64,000 bases of DNA, from positions 22,692,001-22,756,000 of the forward strand of contig CM022677.1 in assembly GCA_012295275.1 (NCBI GenBank), read 5' to 3'. This document shows positions 38,160 to 52,386 of this stretch, piece after piece. How positions within the stretch are numbered: the first letter of the stretch is position 1; each line of letters opens with the position of its first letter. Position numbers and translations under genes: made by a program. The notes beneath the pieces are model-generated. The model worked only from the letters and a program-made list of their open reading frames with translations. It had not been told where the DNA came from and did not search any database. The stretch is from Chrysomallon squamiferum. Lineage: Eukaryota; Animalia; Mollusca.

Positions 38160-38650
38160 CAATTTTAAAATGTTCGTTAGTCTATTAATTATCTCATACA
38201 ATTTTAAATGTTCAAGTTAGTCTATTAATTATCTTATACAATTTTAAAATGTTCAAGTTAGTCTATTAATTATCTTATACAATTTTAAAATGTTCAAGTT
38301 AGTCTATTAATTATCTTATACAATTTTAAAATGTTCAAGTTAGTCTATTAATTCTTATACAATTTTAAATGTTCAAGTTAGTCTATTAATTATCTTATAC
38401 AATTTTAAAATGTTCAAGTTAGTCTATTAATTATCTTATACAATTTTAAATGTTCAAGTTAGTCTATTAATTATCTTATACAATTTTAAATGTTCAAGTT
38501 AGTCTATTAATTATCTTATACAATTTTAAATGTTCAAGTTAGTCTATTAATTCTTATACGATTTTAAAATGTTTAAGTTAGTCTATTAATTATCTTATAC
38601 AATTTTAAAATGTTTAAGTTAGTCTATTATCTTATACAATTTTAAAATGT
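38160..38650. repeat. About 41-bp minisatellite (aattttaaaatgttcaagttagtctattaattatcttatac)
   Basis: About 12 units. Confidence 0.95.
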
Positions 38651-39419
38651 GACTCATTTATTTTAATATATTTCTGTGTTTCATATTAATTTACACTGTA
38701 AAACACTCTTAAACTTACTTGAAGGATGAAAAAACTGCTATTTAAATATGGCATAATAATAATAAATACATACATACATATACATGCACACACAAGAAAT
38801 ATGCATGTTCAAAGTTTTTATTAAACTATAATAGCAGCAACAACAACAGCAATAGCAATAACAGTAACTGGTAGTTGAAGTTGATGTAATAGTTGTAGTG
38901 GTTGCAGTAGTATCGATGAAGTCACAGTGATAATGGTACTAGTAGTCAAAATTGTAGCTGTAGTAGTAGTAGCAATGACTGTAGTCACAAAAAATAGCAG
39001 GTAGTAGTAGTCATCGTGGTAGCTGTTGTAGTAGTAGCAGTGACAGTAGTAGTTGCAGGAATACCTGTTAATGTGACTAGTTGTAGTAGTAGTCACAAGA
39101 ATAGCAATAATAGCAGTCACAGATGTATTAGTAATAGTAGCAATAGTAGTAGAAGCAGCAGTAGTAGTAGTAGTAGTTGTAGTAGTTGTAGTAGTAGTCA
39201 CAGCAATAGCAGTAATAGTTGCAGTTGTAGGTGCAGTAGTAGTAGCAACAATGACAGTAGTTGTCACAGGAATAGCAGTTGTAGCTGCAGCAGTAGAAGC
39301 AGTCACAGTTGTAGTAGTAATAGTAGCAATGGCAGCAGTAGTAGTAGTAATAGTAGTCACAGTAATAGCTGTAGTAGCAGTCCTTTGTGGGCAGTGATAA
39401 CCATTTGAAAAAAAACATA

Positions 39420-40005
39420 CCGTATATACTTGTGTACAAGGCGACCTTATGTATAAGTCGATGTGTATTTTAAGACCAAAAATTGCGTCATTTTAGGTAT
39501 TACTTGTGTATAAGTCGACTGTAGGTTCCAGGCACCATCACTATTTTTAGATCAGTGTGACAGTGCCATGAAGGCCAACACTGTACACCTACTGTAACAT
39601 AACTTGCACGAGCTGTAACTTGCACGAACATACCATAATAACGTAAATGCATGTATTACACGAGCTATAGCCTAAATGTATCATAAATAGTATCTCTTTA
39701 ATGTAATAAGTCTAACATGGAGACCTAACTTACCATTATATTTAGCCGTTCTATGATTTACAAAATTTGTCTGTAGTGGATATTAATGACGACTGCAATA
39801 TTATTTCACCAAATTCTTTACAATTAAACAAGTGAGAAAAGCTGAAAGACCATGATTATTTTAGATGCATCCCGTAGCAAAAAATAGTCAAAATGGCAAC
39901 TCTTCAGCAACAGCTACAAAAGCATTCCCTATGTATAAGTCGACCCCCAAAATATTACCTTAATATTGTCTCCCAAAAATTCGACTTATACACAAGTATA
40001 TACGG
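39420..40005. mobile_element. Tc1/mariner-superfamily MITE, 586 bp, TA target duplication
   Basis: Left TA|CCGTATATACTTGTGTACAAGGCGA and right TCGACTTATACACAAGTATATACGG|TA form a TIR of about 25 bp with 2 mismatches. Internal repeats of tgtataagtcga. No transposase ORF. Confidence 0.88.
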
Positions 40006-41420
40006 TAATAATAATAATAATAACAGCAACAACAACAACATTAATCAGAAATTTGTAAAAAAAAAATTGAATTTAAAAAAAAAATGTTTATATAAAAAGT
40101 TAAAATAAAGTCAGTGAACTAAGTTAGATAAGTAAAACAAAAAATGGTTTTCTTCACAATCTCCTGAGTTGTAACTCTGCCCTATTTACCAAAATACACT
40201 GTATGTAGATATTTGCATTTGTGACTGTTATGATACAATTATGATGATGATAATGATTATGATGATAATAATGATAATAATAATAATGATGCAGATATGC
40301 AGCAGAAATATCAACTTAATTTTCAAAACAATTTTTATCAACATTATCATCAAATTACTATATTATTACTATTATTATTGTTATTGTTCTTATTTATTTT
40401 ATTTTATTTTATTATGTGGGATTGCTGCTGTACTATTCATCTGTGTTGAGTATACACAAAGGTGTAAATAACATCCTCTGATAGAAAATAAAGAAAAATA
40501 TTTAAAAAAAAGATTTCATTTCACTAAAATAAACAGTATTGTGAGATCCTGAAATATTTTAATCTGAATTTTTAAAAATCTCACATAATTAACATATTAC
40601 GAAATTTAAAAGAGAAAGGAAAGATGTTACAATTTTATTTTTATAATTTTTATCTTTAAATTACATTCACATCCACTCCTAAGATTTGAACTTACAGCCA
40701 TAGACAAACAAATTCAAACATAAAAGTAGTCACAGACTACTTAAACAAAGAACCATAACTCAGGAGAATCATCACTCAAAGGGACATTACTCTAACATAC
40801 ATTAAGCAACATTAACATGAAGTACATATATTTTAATAATACACACATCCATTAAATATGTTGAAACAAATAAGAATTACTTCTCAGTACAAAAGTGAAA
40901 AATGACTAGATTTATTTTTTAAATTATTTATAGAGTGGAGGTCTGACTTTGTATTAAAATACAGACTAGGAAATAATTTGTAATTTAAAGTTATTACTAA
41001 AATAATATTTTAAAATACTCAGTATGAACTGTTATTTACACATCAAAGCTGTATCTCTATCAGACAGTCACAGTTACACTGACAATGTACTGTGCTGTTA
41101 AAAAAGCACTGACTCAAATAACCATGTGATGACATAAATTAGGTGAAATTTTCTATTTACATGAACAAATAAATAACTTCACATTTTCTATTTATCCTAC
41201 CAGTCTGCTAAGATACATGAATACAAAAATAAAAATTAAAATTAAAATTAAAGTAATAAGGAAACAACCATGTCTGATATTTCAAAATTATATATTCAAG
41301 AATCTCTCTCTCTTAAGAAATGAAAAAAAATTAGAACCATTTTGAATACTTTTGATATGTTAATGATACTTTTAGATTGTTTTTATTATTTAAATTGTTT
41401 TCACTTTTCAGAACAATTTT

Positions 41421-41476
<56 letters not shown>

Positions 41477-41744
41477 TAATAAATAATAAATGAATAAATA
41501 CAACAAATAAGTGTAAAGCAATCACTCAGTCTGTATAGAAGTTTGACCCTGAGAATATACATGTAAGAGTTTTCAGATTTATCATTTTAATCCAAACGAT
41601 TATATTTACATCTACCAACACAATTTACATCCAAAGTGTCACCTCAAACAACAGAAACAGTTACAACAAATAAAAACAATAATTAACTTTTCTGAATTTG
41701 AATACACAACTTTTCTGTCCTTTATGTCTTACTATTCATTTTAC

Positions 41745-43105
41745 CCACAAGATAGCTGTACCCCTCCCTCAGTTCATCAGCACCCCCATCCCCAGTTACC
41801 CTGAATCCCTGTCAGTTTATCCATAACAGTTCACAAGATAGCTGTACCCCTCCCTCAGTTCATCAGCACCCCCATCCCCAGTTACCCTGAATCCCTGTCA
41901 GTTTATCCATAACAGTTCACAAGATAGCTGTACCCCCATCCCCAGTTACCCTGAATCCCTGTCAGTTTATCCATAACAGTTCACAAGATAAACACCATGT
42001 CACATCAGTAAACTACGTCAGATCAGTAAACTACGTCACATCAGTAAACTACGTCACATCAGTAAACTACGTCAGATCAGTAAACTACGTCAGATCAGTA
42101 AACTACGTCACATCAGTAAACTACGTCACATCAGTAAACTACGTCAGATCAGTAAACTACGTCACATCAGTAAACACACATCAGTAAACAGCCCAACTTG
42201 TATCTTGTCTAATCTTACACTAGTGAACTTGTTTATAACATCTATTACTTTTTTAAATAAAGTATTATTTAAAATAATAATAATAATAATAATAGCATCA
42301 CAAAGCAATGAAATTAAATATTTATTATCCACATTAAAGACTTTATTATTATTATTTATTTTATTTATTTACTTCTATTTTTCTTTTCCTTTTAGTTTCA
42401 GTGCCGTGTGTTTGCCTCTAATTCACAAACTTCAATTTTCCTGATTTCCAGAAATACAAACCAAAGCCAGATTTTTTTAAATGATCTTAAGCCATTTCCA
42501 AGTTGAAAGCTGACCTCTGTCTACTGTTAAGTTATTCCACTGTACAACCACAGCAACCCTCTCAAGAGTAATTTTTACAACTGCTTCCATAACCATGTTA
42601 ACCTAACAAACTTCATCCACCTAACCTACATTTTTATATTGTGAATTTGTCTTTACTACGTGACATTTGTTTACTTGTTTCTGTGTTGTTCTTTATGTTC
42701 ATTATTTCTAGACTTTTGTGTTTTTGAGACCAGTACTTGTTTCTGTGTTGTTCTTTATATTCATTATTTCTAGACTTTTGTGTTTTTGAGACCAGTACTT
42801 CTAGACTTTTGTGTTTTTGAGACCAGTACTTGTTTCTGTGTTGTTCTTTATGTTCATTATTTCTAGACTTTTGTGTTTTTGAGACCAGTACTTGTTTCTG
42901 TGTTGTTCTTTATATTCATTATTTCTAGACTTTTGTGTTTTTGAGACCAGTTTCTAGACTTTTGTGTTTTTGAGACCAGTACTTGTTTCTGTGTTGTTCT
43001 TTATGTTCATTATTTCTAGACTTTTGTGTTTTTGAGACCAGTACTTGTTTCTATGTTGTTCTTTATATTCATTATTTCTAGACTTTTATGTTTTTGAGAC
43101 CAGTA
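41745..43105. repeat. Three tandem arrays: about 92 bp (41745-41990), 19 bp (41998-42190), about 63 bp (42673-43105)
   Basis: Direct inspection; downstream of TLNRD1. Confidence 0.9.
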
Positions 43106-43785
43106 CTCCCTGGTGTTAGTCCATGAAACCACAGTCAACAGTAACAAACACTTCAAAATAAATTAAATAAATAAAACCAAAATTTTTAAACTCCTTCAAA
43201 CATTAAATTATCAACAATACTTTATCAATCCATGTCTCTTTTTCAAAACCTTGAATTAAATTTATTAATTTTAACAAATAAAAATTTAAAAAAAGTATAA
43301 AGTTGAAAAATTAGAATTCATGTAAATTTAAAAGTATTAATTAACCTGAACAAAAAAGTTAAAAATAAAAGCCATCTAATATTGAACAATTTAAAAATTG
43401 GAGATATTAAAGATATAAATTTATCTCAACAAACTTCTTTAGAATGTTTAAGAGTTTAAAAATTAGAGCTTTATCCAGAGTTAAAAATATAAATTCATCT
43501 GGAAAAAAAAAAAAAAAAAGTCTGGAAACTCAACAATTTAAAAACTAACGTTTACCAAGATTTAAAAATCTAAATTGATCTGAAAGGATAGAGTGAAGAA
43601 CAATTAGAGTATTTCTAGATTTGAAGATAAAAATGTATCTGAACCAAAATTAAAAAAAATAAAAAGTAGAGAAATCAGAGCAATCCCTTTTTCAAAATCT
43701 TAATTTAAAGATATAAATTAATCTCAGTAAAACAAAAAGTCTAATATTGAACAATTTAAAAATTTATAGATTTAAATTAAAAAAA

Positions 43786-44178
43786 TTATCTTGAATTTGA
43801 GGACACGGTTGATGACGTGGATGATGAGTTGGATGATGCTGTGTTGGTAGATGATGAATCGTCGATGTTGTAGCTGCTGAGTATTTCCTGAAGTTTGCCT
43901 GATGCTCGTTCTATTGTCTCTGAGCACATGATGACGCGCTCACGATGACGCGAGTTCATGATGTCATACACGAGGTCGCGCACAGATTTACAAATCTGAA
44001 TACACGAAGATATCACACTGAGACTGGCACCTGTAAACAAACAAACAAACAAATAAACAAACAAATCAGTGTAAATAATTTAACAAACAAATCATTTTTA
44101 AATAAATATATAAATAATAAATAAATACATAAATAAACATATTAATTAAAAATCAAAAATTTATATACTAGACCACAA

Positions 44179-44248
<70 letters not shown>

Positions 44249-44505
44249 AAACAAATAATGACGATGTAACTAATAAATAAGTAAAAAAATAAACAATTTA
44301 ATTATCTGTAAGAGATAAACAAACACATAAAATTAATGTAAAAATATAAACAATGAAATTTAATGTGGATAAGTAAACAAATGCAATTAATGCTAATAAA
44401 TAAATAAACATACTAACAAGTAAAATTAATAATATAATGTAAATAAAAAATTTAACAATAAAAATAAATAAATAACTGAAAACAGTATAAATAAACCAAA
44501 AATTA

Positions 44506-44600
<95 letters not shown>

Positions 44601-45843
44601 TAAATGAAACAACAACAAACATAGTTTAACACAAAAGAAAAGACTGGGTCTGGTAGCTAATAAAGAAAAGTGATCAGAAAAGCAACAGAGATGAGAGGAA
44701 GGAAGAGAGAGAGAAGAGAGAAATGATAAAACAGAAAACACTGTTTAGAGAAAGTTAACAATGCCAGATGTCTGATTTATTATTATTTATAATTATAAAG
44801 AGAAAAATATTGTAGAGATATTTTCTCAAATATAGGCTACAGATTGAGTTATTGAGAAAAGTAATGTAGAGGCGTATTTTATCATGTATGAACTAGAGAC
44901 AGATGAACAAAGAAAAGTATTGTAGATATGCATTTTATCAACTATGTACTAGATATATAGAAAATATATTACACATTATTTTATCAAATATGAACTAGAG
45001 ATAGAGAAAAGTATCGCAGAGCTGTTGTGTACCAAATATGGACTTGTGAATCTCTCTTGCCTCTGCTGTGAGTTGAGCCGGGGAGCCTGTGAAGGTGGGT
45101 TCAGTAGAGAACGCTGCCATGGCGCTGCTGGACGCAATCACTGGGTCACAGAAGGCGATGATGCGTGCGAGGTGTGGAGAGTTCGGCTGAGACTTGAAGG
45201 ACTTGATGCTGGCGACGAGGCAGCTGGCGCTGGATGTGACACTCTTCACACACAGCTTGAACTGCTCCCTGTCGTTGTGGTCCTCGGCCAGCTCGCTCGC
45301 GTGGCGGCAGACGTCTGTCATCACAGACAGCGACTTCGAGATGCTCGAACACGTGTCCACCAGAATCTGAGGAGTGAGGTCGTCCAGCCGCGACCGCTTC
45401 AACCTCGAACAGTACAGCTTCAGCTCAAGGTTGGCCAGCGCCACCTGGTGTTTGTCCACCACACCTGGCACTGCTGGTGAACAGTTTGGGAAATTTACAG
45501 CGACTAGGTAGGCGATGTTGTCACAGCACTCGATAAGCTTTGCCACAAAATTTGTCATATCAACAACACCCGCCGTGACGTCGTTCCACCCAACTGTGAC
45601 GGTGTAGACCTGTGACGTCAGGTCCTTAACCATGTTCGACAGAATCTTCAGCCTCTCAAATATGTCGTCACGACAACGCGAGTATGACTTTGCGAATGGC
45701 GCAATCTCGTCACAGACGATTGGACGCGGGTCGCAGGACAGGAGGAGGATTTCAGCGATGGCTTGAAGCTTCGAGTGGCACAAATCACAGGTGATCACCA
45801 CCATTCTAGACGAAGTGGAGGTCATTACAGTCTTCTGATGCAT
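43786..45843 (-). CDS. TLNRD1: Talin rod domain-containing protein 1 (MESDC1)
   Basis: Exon 45843-45033 (CDLCHSKLQAIAEILLLS..RP; PGVVD; LTPQIL; REQFKLCVKSVTSSASCL; FSTEPTFTG) splices G|GT to exon 44030-43786 (GASLSVISSCIQICKSVRDL..HRERVIMCSETI). These motifs are colinear with vertebrate TLNRD1 as recalled. Acceptor at 45869-45868. The true start may be a downstream Met. Confidence 0.92.
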
Positions 45844-46018
45844 ACCAACGATGATTTTACCATCACACTGAAAATACTGTCACCATTAGTACAACAAATA
45901 AAATAATAATTCAAATTCTGAAATACAGCAGATAAAATAATTATTCAAATATAACAAAATAATAATTACTTTGGCTTTATAATAAATTCTTTCTTTTTAT
46001 AGTTATTAATTCATTCAT

Positions 46019-46057
<39 letters not shown>

Positions 46058-46192
46058 TTTTCTTGTTATTTTGTTGTTTTTTGGTTTCTTTCCTTCTTTT
46101 TGCTATATTAAAAATAACATTTTAACTTGATTAATCTATATGAATAAGTTTACTTTATTTCCTAAAATATAAATTACTGCTTAATACAGTTC

Positions 46193-47775
46193 TAAAACAA
46201 GTAAAGTATACCCTTTCAGTAAATATTAAACAAAGATACAATGCAGGAGTTTTTCACTTTGGTAATTATTGTAAAACAAGTAAAGTAAACCCTTTCAGTA
46301 AATATTAAACAAAGATACAATGCAGGAGTTTTTCAGTTTGGTAATTATTGTAAAACAAGTAAAGTATACCCTTTCAGTAAATATTAAACAAAGATACAAT
46401 GCAGGAGTTTTTCAGTTTGGTAATTATTGTAAAACAAGTAAAGTAAACCCTTTCAGTAATGGTAATTAAACAAAGATACAATGCAGGAGTTTTTCAGTTT
46501 GGTAATTATTGTAAAACAAGTAAAGTAAACCCTTTCAGTAAATATTAAACAAAGATACAATGCAGGAGTTTTTCAGTTTGGTAATTATTGTAAAACAAGT
46601 AAAGTAAACCCTTTCAGTAAATATTAAACAAAGATACAATGCAGGAGTTTTTCAGTTTGGTAATTATTGTAAAACAAGTAAAGTAAACCCTTTCAGTAAA
46701 TATTAAACAAAGATACAATGCAGGAGTTTTTCACTTTGAATTATTGTAAAACAAGTAAAGTAAACCCTTTCAGTAAATATTAAACAAAGATACAATGCAG
46801 GAGTTTTTCACTTTGGTAATTATTGTAAAACAAGTAAAGTAAACCCTTTCAGTAAATATTAAACAAAGATACAATGCAGGAGTTTTTCACTTTGGTAATT
46901 ATTGTAAAACAAGTAAAGTATACCCTTTCAGTAAATATTAAACAAAGATACAATGCAGGAGTTTTTCAAATTATTGTAAAACAAATAAAAGTAAACCCTT
47001 TCAGTAAATATTAAACAAAGATACAATGCAGGAGTTTTTCACTTTGGTAATTATTGTAAAACAAGTAAAGTATACCTTTCAGTAAATATTAAACAAAGAT
47101 ACAATGCAGGAGTTTTTCACTTTGGTAATTATTGTAAAACAAGTAAAGTATACCCTTTCAGTAATGGTAATTAAACAAAGATACAATGCAGCAGTTTTTC
47201 ACTTTGGTAATTATTGTAAAACAAGTAAAGTATACCCTTTCAGTAAATATTAAACAAAGATACAATGCAGCAGTTTTTCACTTTGGTAATTATTGTAAAA
47301 CAAGTAAAGTATACCCTTTCAGTAAATATTAAACAAAGATACAATGCAGGAGTTTTTCACTTTGGTAATTATTGTAAAACAAGTAAAGTATACCCTTTCA
47401 GTAAATATTAAACAAAGATACAATGCAGCAGTTTTTCACTTTGGTAATTATTGTAAAACAAGTAAAGTAAACCCTTTCAGTAATGGTAATTAAACAAAGA
47501 TACAATGCAGCAGTTTTTCACTTTGGTAATTATTGTAAAACAAGTAAAGTATACCCTTTCAGTAAATATTAAACAAAGATACAATGCAGCAGTTTTTCAG
47601 TTTGGTAATTATTGTAAAACAAGTAAAGTATACCCTTTCAGTAAATATTAAACAAAGATACAATGCAGGAGTTTTTCACTTTGGTAATTATTGTAAAACA
47701 AGTAAAGTAAACCCTTTCAGTAATGGTAATTAAACAAAGATACAATGCAGGAGTTTTTCACTTTGGTAATTATTG
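46193..47775. repeat. About 77-bp minisatellite in the TLNRD1 5' intron
   Basis: About 20 units of aaaacaagtaaagta[t/a]accctttcagtaaatattaaacaaagatacaatgcaggagtttttcactttggtaattattgt. Confidence 0.95.
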
Positions 47776-48510
47776 ATGAATGCCTGGGGATAATTAATTT
47801 CTACTTTGTTGTTGTTGTTGTTTTTTTGGGGGGTTGTGTGTGTGTGCAGCAACAATAATCTGTAAATTATTAAACAAACCTTTTATTACAGTTTACACAT
47901 TTTATAAAATAAATACTTAAAACCGTCACTGTGTTATTTAGCCGTTTACAAAAGAATATTTGAAAAAGATAATACGAAATTAACATTTACTTATACGTCA
48001 AATAACAAAAACATTAGCATAATCTAAAATATTTTACGAAAAGCAAAAATAAACAAAGTATATGCGAAAGCTGACACCTTAATCTTCAATAATAACCGAC
48101 AAAGCACGTGTAGTATGCAAATGAGCAAAACAAATGAACTTCAAAACGAACGTGATTGGTTGAAATATTTCATACATCTGCAAGAATTATTTTTCAATGC
48201 AAAGAAACTAATTTTTTGTACTTGCATAAAGGAAACTCACCCTGAAACACAAATATTCGCATCCTTAATTAATAAATTACCGAATCTATGATTATTTGAT
48301 GAAAACATGCAGACGGCCAGGCGTGTTTATCTTTGGGTGTGGTCTCCATATGCAAATTGACTGGTAGAACTTTGAGATTGATTCAAACGGCTGAAACACT
48401 GAAGCGGAACATTTAACTGAGATACAGTTATATAAATATGCAAAAGTGACCTAAATAGGTCAAATAGCTACTCTATTCGACAAGTTCGGTTTACTACTAC
48501 TACTACTACC

Positions 48511-48567
<57 letters not shown>

Positions 48568-48662
48568 GACTGTTCCTTTTAAAAATATGAACAAAGAATA
48601 TGCATGCTGGTTAATTTGGTATTTTCATAATGTATATCTATTTAATAATAATAATAATGATA

Positions 48663-48715
<53 letters not shown>

Positions 48716-49259
48716 AATAATAATAATAATAATAATAATATAATAATAACAATAATGATGATGATGATGATCTGACGAAGAGAGTTGAATACTCTAACCT
48801 CTCATAATATTCATTTGTATAAAGCAGCTGCACAAAGTACTCAAACAGATTTGGTGACACGTGCCTGCGCCAGTTGAAAACAAACACATAGACACGACAT
48901 TCTGGCTTCAAGTTAAATCAAACACATAATTTCGTGATTAAACAAATATTTAAGTTTTATTAGCGTCGTCATTATATGGTTGCTGCTTAAACTGTAATTC
49001 GTCTTTTGCATAGTAGTATGAGAATTAACGAACAAAAGATATCACAGACGTTTTCTGCATCCGATACAAAATACAATCACATAAATAAATTACATGTTTA
49101 GTTGTATATTACACTCACAAATATTTTAATCGTTCAGGGTAACTCTATATGGAATTTTGTTATTTCCTCATCAAAGATTAATACTTCTAATAACATTTCG
49201 AAGACTGTATATAATATAAATTAGCTTAGGCGTACTAATACACCATTACGTTTGTTTTC

Positions 49260-49482
49260 TTTTTCCGGTCATTCAGTGAACTTCCGGGACGATGTTATTC
49301 AGCACATTACAAACATTTATTTAACACAAATGTATCTCTAAACTTTATTTTTAAAAATAATTGTTACTTCTAACAGTAAGTACAAAGATTTATATAACAT
49401 CCTGCATACATTATAAAGTAATTTCAACGGAAGTGATCATTTTCTTCTGCTTTTCCGTTTTGGGCATGTGCAACTTCCGCTT
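49260..49482. promoter_or_regulatory. Cluster of ETS/GABP-type CGGAA motifs; candidate divergent promoter for TLNRD1 and GABPB
   Basis: TTCCGG 49263-49268, ACTTCCGG 49280-49287, CGGAAGTG 49428-49435, TTTCCG about 49452-49457, ACTTCCGC 49473-49480, in a CpG-poor background between two divergent genes. Confidence 0.55.
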
Positions 49483-49713
49483 GTTATCCTTAAATAATCG
49501 CGGCAATACAGCTAGTAATTCAATGGCTTATTACATACTAACTATTTCAGTTAGTTTCAAACAACTTTTTATTTCACTAGTATTAATAAAATACTTTTCA
49601 TTTAAACGTAAAGTGACTTAATTGTCATTCATACTGAAATGCTGATGACTATTTCTGACATTTGTTTTATTATTTTAAAGTGTTCAGTCTGAATTTTAAT
49701 AGTAATTATCATT

Positions 49714-49748
49714 ATCACTTCTCGGCCTTCTGGCTAAGATCAAAGTGT
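49714..49748 (+). pseudogene. U2: U2 snRNA 5' fragment (3'-truncated pseudogene)
   Basis: ATCACTTCTCGGCCTTCTGGCTAAGATCAAAGTGT versus the U2 5' end ATCGCTTCTCGGCCTT(T/A)TGGCTAAGATCA(A)AGTGTAGTA. Similarity stops inside the branch-point recognition sequence. Confidence 0.88.
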
Positions 49749-50442
49749 TATGATATTATCATATTATCGAACTATTATGCAATCTAATATTTTTGATTTT
49801 ATTTTAGAATAAAAATATGTAAACCTTTCCACCATCCACTGATATAGAAAGTTGAGAAACAGAATGTTAAATTTAAAAAATATTAAATTTATTTGAATAA
49901 GTAACAAGTTTTGTGATTAGTAGAAATAAAATAATTTGAAATGTTAGGGTTAGCTCACAGTTTGGTAATTCTTTTGGTGATTTTTATTTTTAATTTTTTT
50001 TTGGGGGGGGTTGGGAGGTTTTTTCCACCCTATTTAGCTTTCTTTCACAGGCTTATATTATAAGTTGTGTAGGTTGTTTTGTTAACATAAAACTGAATAA
50101 AATCAAATCTGTGATTTTGTCTTTATATCAAATCTTAAATATTTGTTGAAATCAGCAAGAATTTAAAATTATTAATTTCCTTCTTAAGAGACTTCTTTAT
50201 GTCATGTTAAATGTTAATTGTGTAAGTGTATTGTCCTCAGAGTAGAATGGTTTCTGCATGTGCATCACTGTTATGTACGAAGCTTAAAAGTAGAAAAAGC
50301 AATGTTTAACATCTGAGTAAACTTAACATATTTATACCAGTTAAATATCTCCTCAAAATTCTTATTTTGTTGTGATATTTATGAATTGTTTAATTTTCTT
50401 TACTTTCCTTTTTATTTATTTATTTATTTATTTATTTATTTG

Positions 50443-50474
<32 letters not shown>

Positions 50475-50651
50475 TTAATTTTTAATTTTTATTATTATTT
50501 TTTTTAATAGGTATTACTAATCACGAACCACTTCACTGTTTTTCTTTGTTTTCTTTTCATAGAGTTTTTCATCCAAACCACAACCGTGGCCTCTCTCGGT
50601 TGTTTCAAAGTCGTCACCCGCCCAGCTAAGGAAGAACAAGTGACGAGAAAC

Positions 50652-52326
50652 ATGTCACTGGTTGACCTGGGCAAGCGTCTGCTCGAGGCCGCCAAGCGAG
50701 GAGAAACGGACACAGTCAGAGCGTTGATGTCGAACGGCGCCCCCTTCACCACTGACTGGGTAAGTCTGAGTCACACATCCACGAGATGATCCACTACTGT
50801 TTAGTTTTTTATTTACAAGGAGAAACAGACACAGTCAGAGCGTTGATGCCGAACGGTGCCCCCTTCACCACTGACTGGGTAAGTCTGAGCCACACATCCA
50901 CGAGATGATCCACTACTGTTTAGTTTTTTATTTATGAGGAGAAACAGACACAGTCAGAGCGTTGATGTCAAACGGCGCCCCCTTCACCACTGACTGGGTA
51001 AGTCTGAGTCACACATCCACGAGATGATCCACTACTGTTTAGTTTTTTATTTACGAGGAGAAACAGACACAGTCAGAGCGTTAGATTTTTCACCACTGAC
51101 TGGGTTCTGAGTCACACATCCACGAGATGATCCACTACTGTTTAGTTTTTTATTTACGAGGAGAAACAGACACAGTCAGAGTGTTGATGTCAAACGGCAC
51201 ACCCTTCACCACTGACTGGGTAAGTCTGAGTCACACATCCACGAGATGATCTAGTAGACTTGTACTCTTTATTTTTTTAATTTAAATTTTGTTTTTTTAA
51301 TGCTTAAATCTGGGTTCATGCTAGGCTAGAAATGGAAGAAGTTGCTTCTCCTGCTGGACAAACACGTTTGGTCAGACACTTCTATTCAGATGTTTGTTTA
51401 GGTGATTAAAGTGTAATCTTTTACAAAATAATTTCTACAGACTGTCAGCAGTAGTCAGATGTTTGTTTAGGTGATTAAAGTGTAATCTTTTACAAAATAA
51501 TTTCTACAGACTCATGTCAGCAGTAGTAAAAGTATTTCATAAACACTTCTGTTCAGATGTTTGTTTAGGTGAGTAAAGTGTAATCTTTTACAAAATAATT
51601 TCTACAGACTCATGTCCGCAGTAGTAAAAGTATTTCATAAACACTTCTGTTCAGATGTTTGTTTAGGTGAGTAAAGTGTAATCTTTTACAAAATAATTTC
51701 TACAGACTCATGTCAGCAGTAGTAAAAGTATTTCATAAACACTTCTATTCAGATGTTTGTTTAGTTGAGTAAATGTGTAATGTTGAGCACACCTGTAATT
51801 ACGTTCAGTCTTTTATCAGTTAATTTAAGTTGAGTGTTTACTGTCAGTCTCTGGTTACAGCACTGCAGCTGTTCATAGAGTTGGTCACATGACCTCATCC
51901 GTGTGGGGACAAATGGCTGTCTCGTTACACAGTTTGTATCAATGAATGGCATAAGAAGGAGACTTGTGTTTATTGTCATCTGCGAGGGACACACCCGCTG
52001 ACCTGTCAGAAAGCGTGCCTGTCGTGCTTCACAACAGCTTGCTCTGATTAGCACATTAGTTTTTTTCATTCATTCATTACTGTCATTAGAAAATTACTTT
52101 TTTTTCATTCATTCATTATTGTCATTAGAAAATTACATTTTTTTCATTCATTCATTATTGTCATTAGAAAATTACATTTTTCCATCATTCATTCATTATT
52201 GTCATTAGAAAATTAGTTTTTTTCATTCATTCATTCATTCATTATTTATTCAGTCCTTTGTGTTTACAGAAGTATACATAACAGAAGTAAAAACTTAACA
52301 AAGTCTGGTCTTCCCCAGTGTGTGCA

Positions 52327-52386
<60 letters not shown>

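Noticed and set aside
38821-39439. Thr/Ala-rich mucin-like and Ser-rich ORFs
   Set aside because: Degenerate (AGT/AGC)n trinucleotide tract with no signal peptide or clear splice context.
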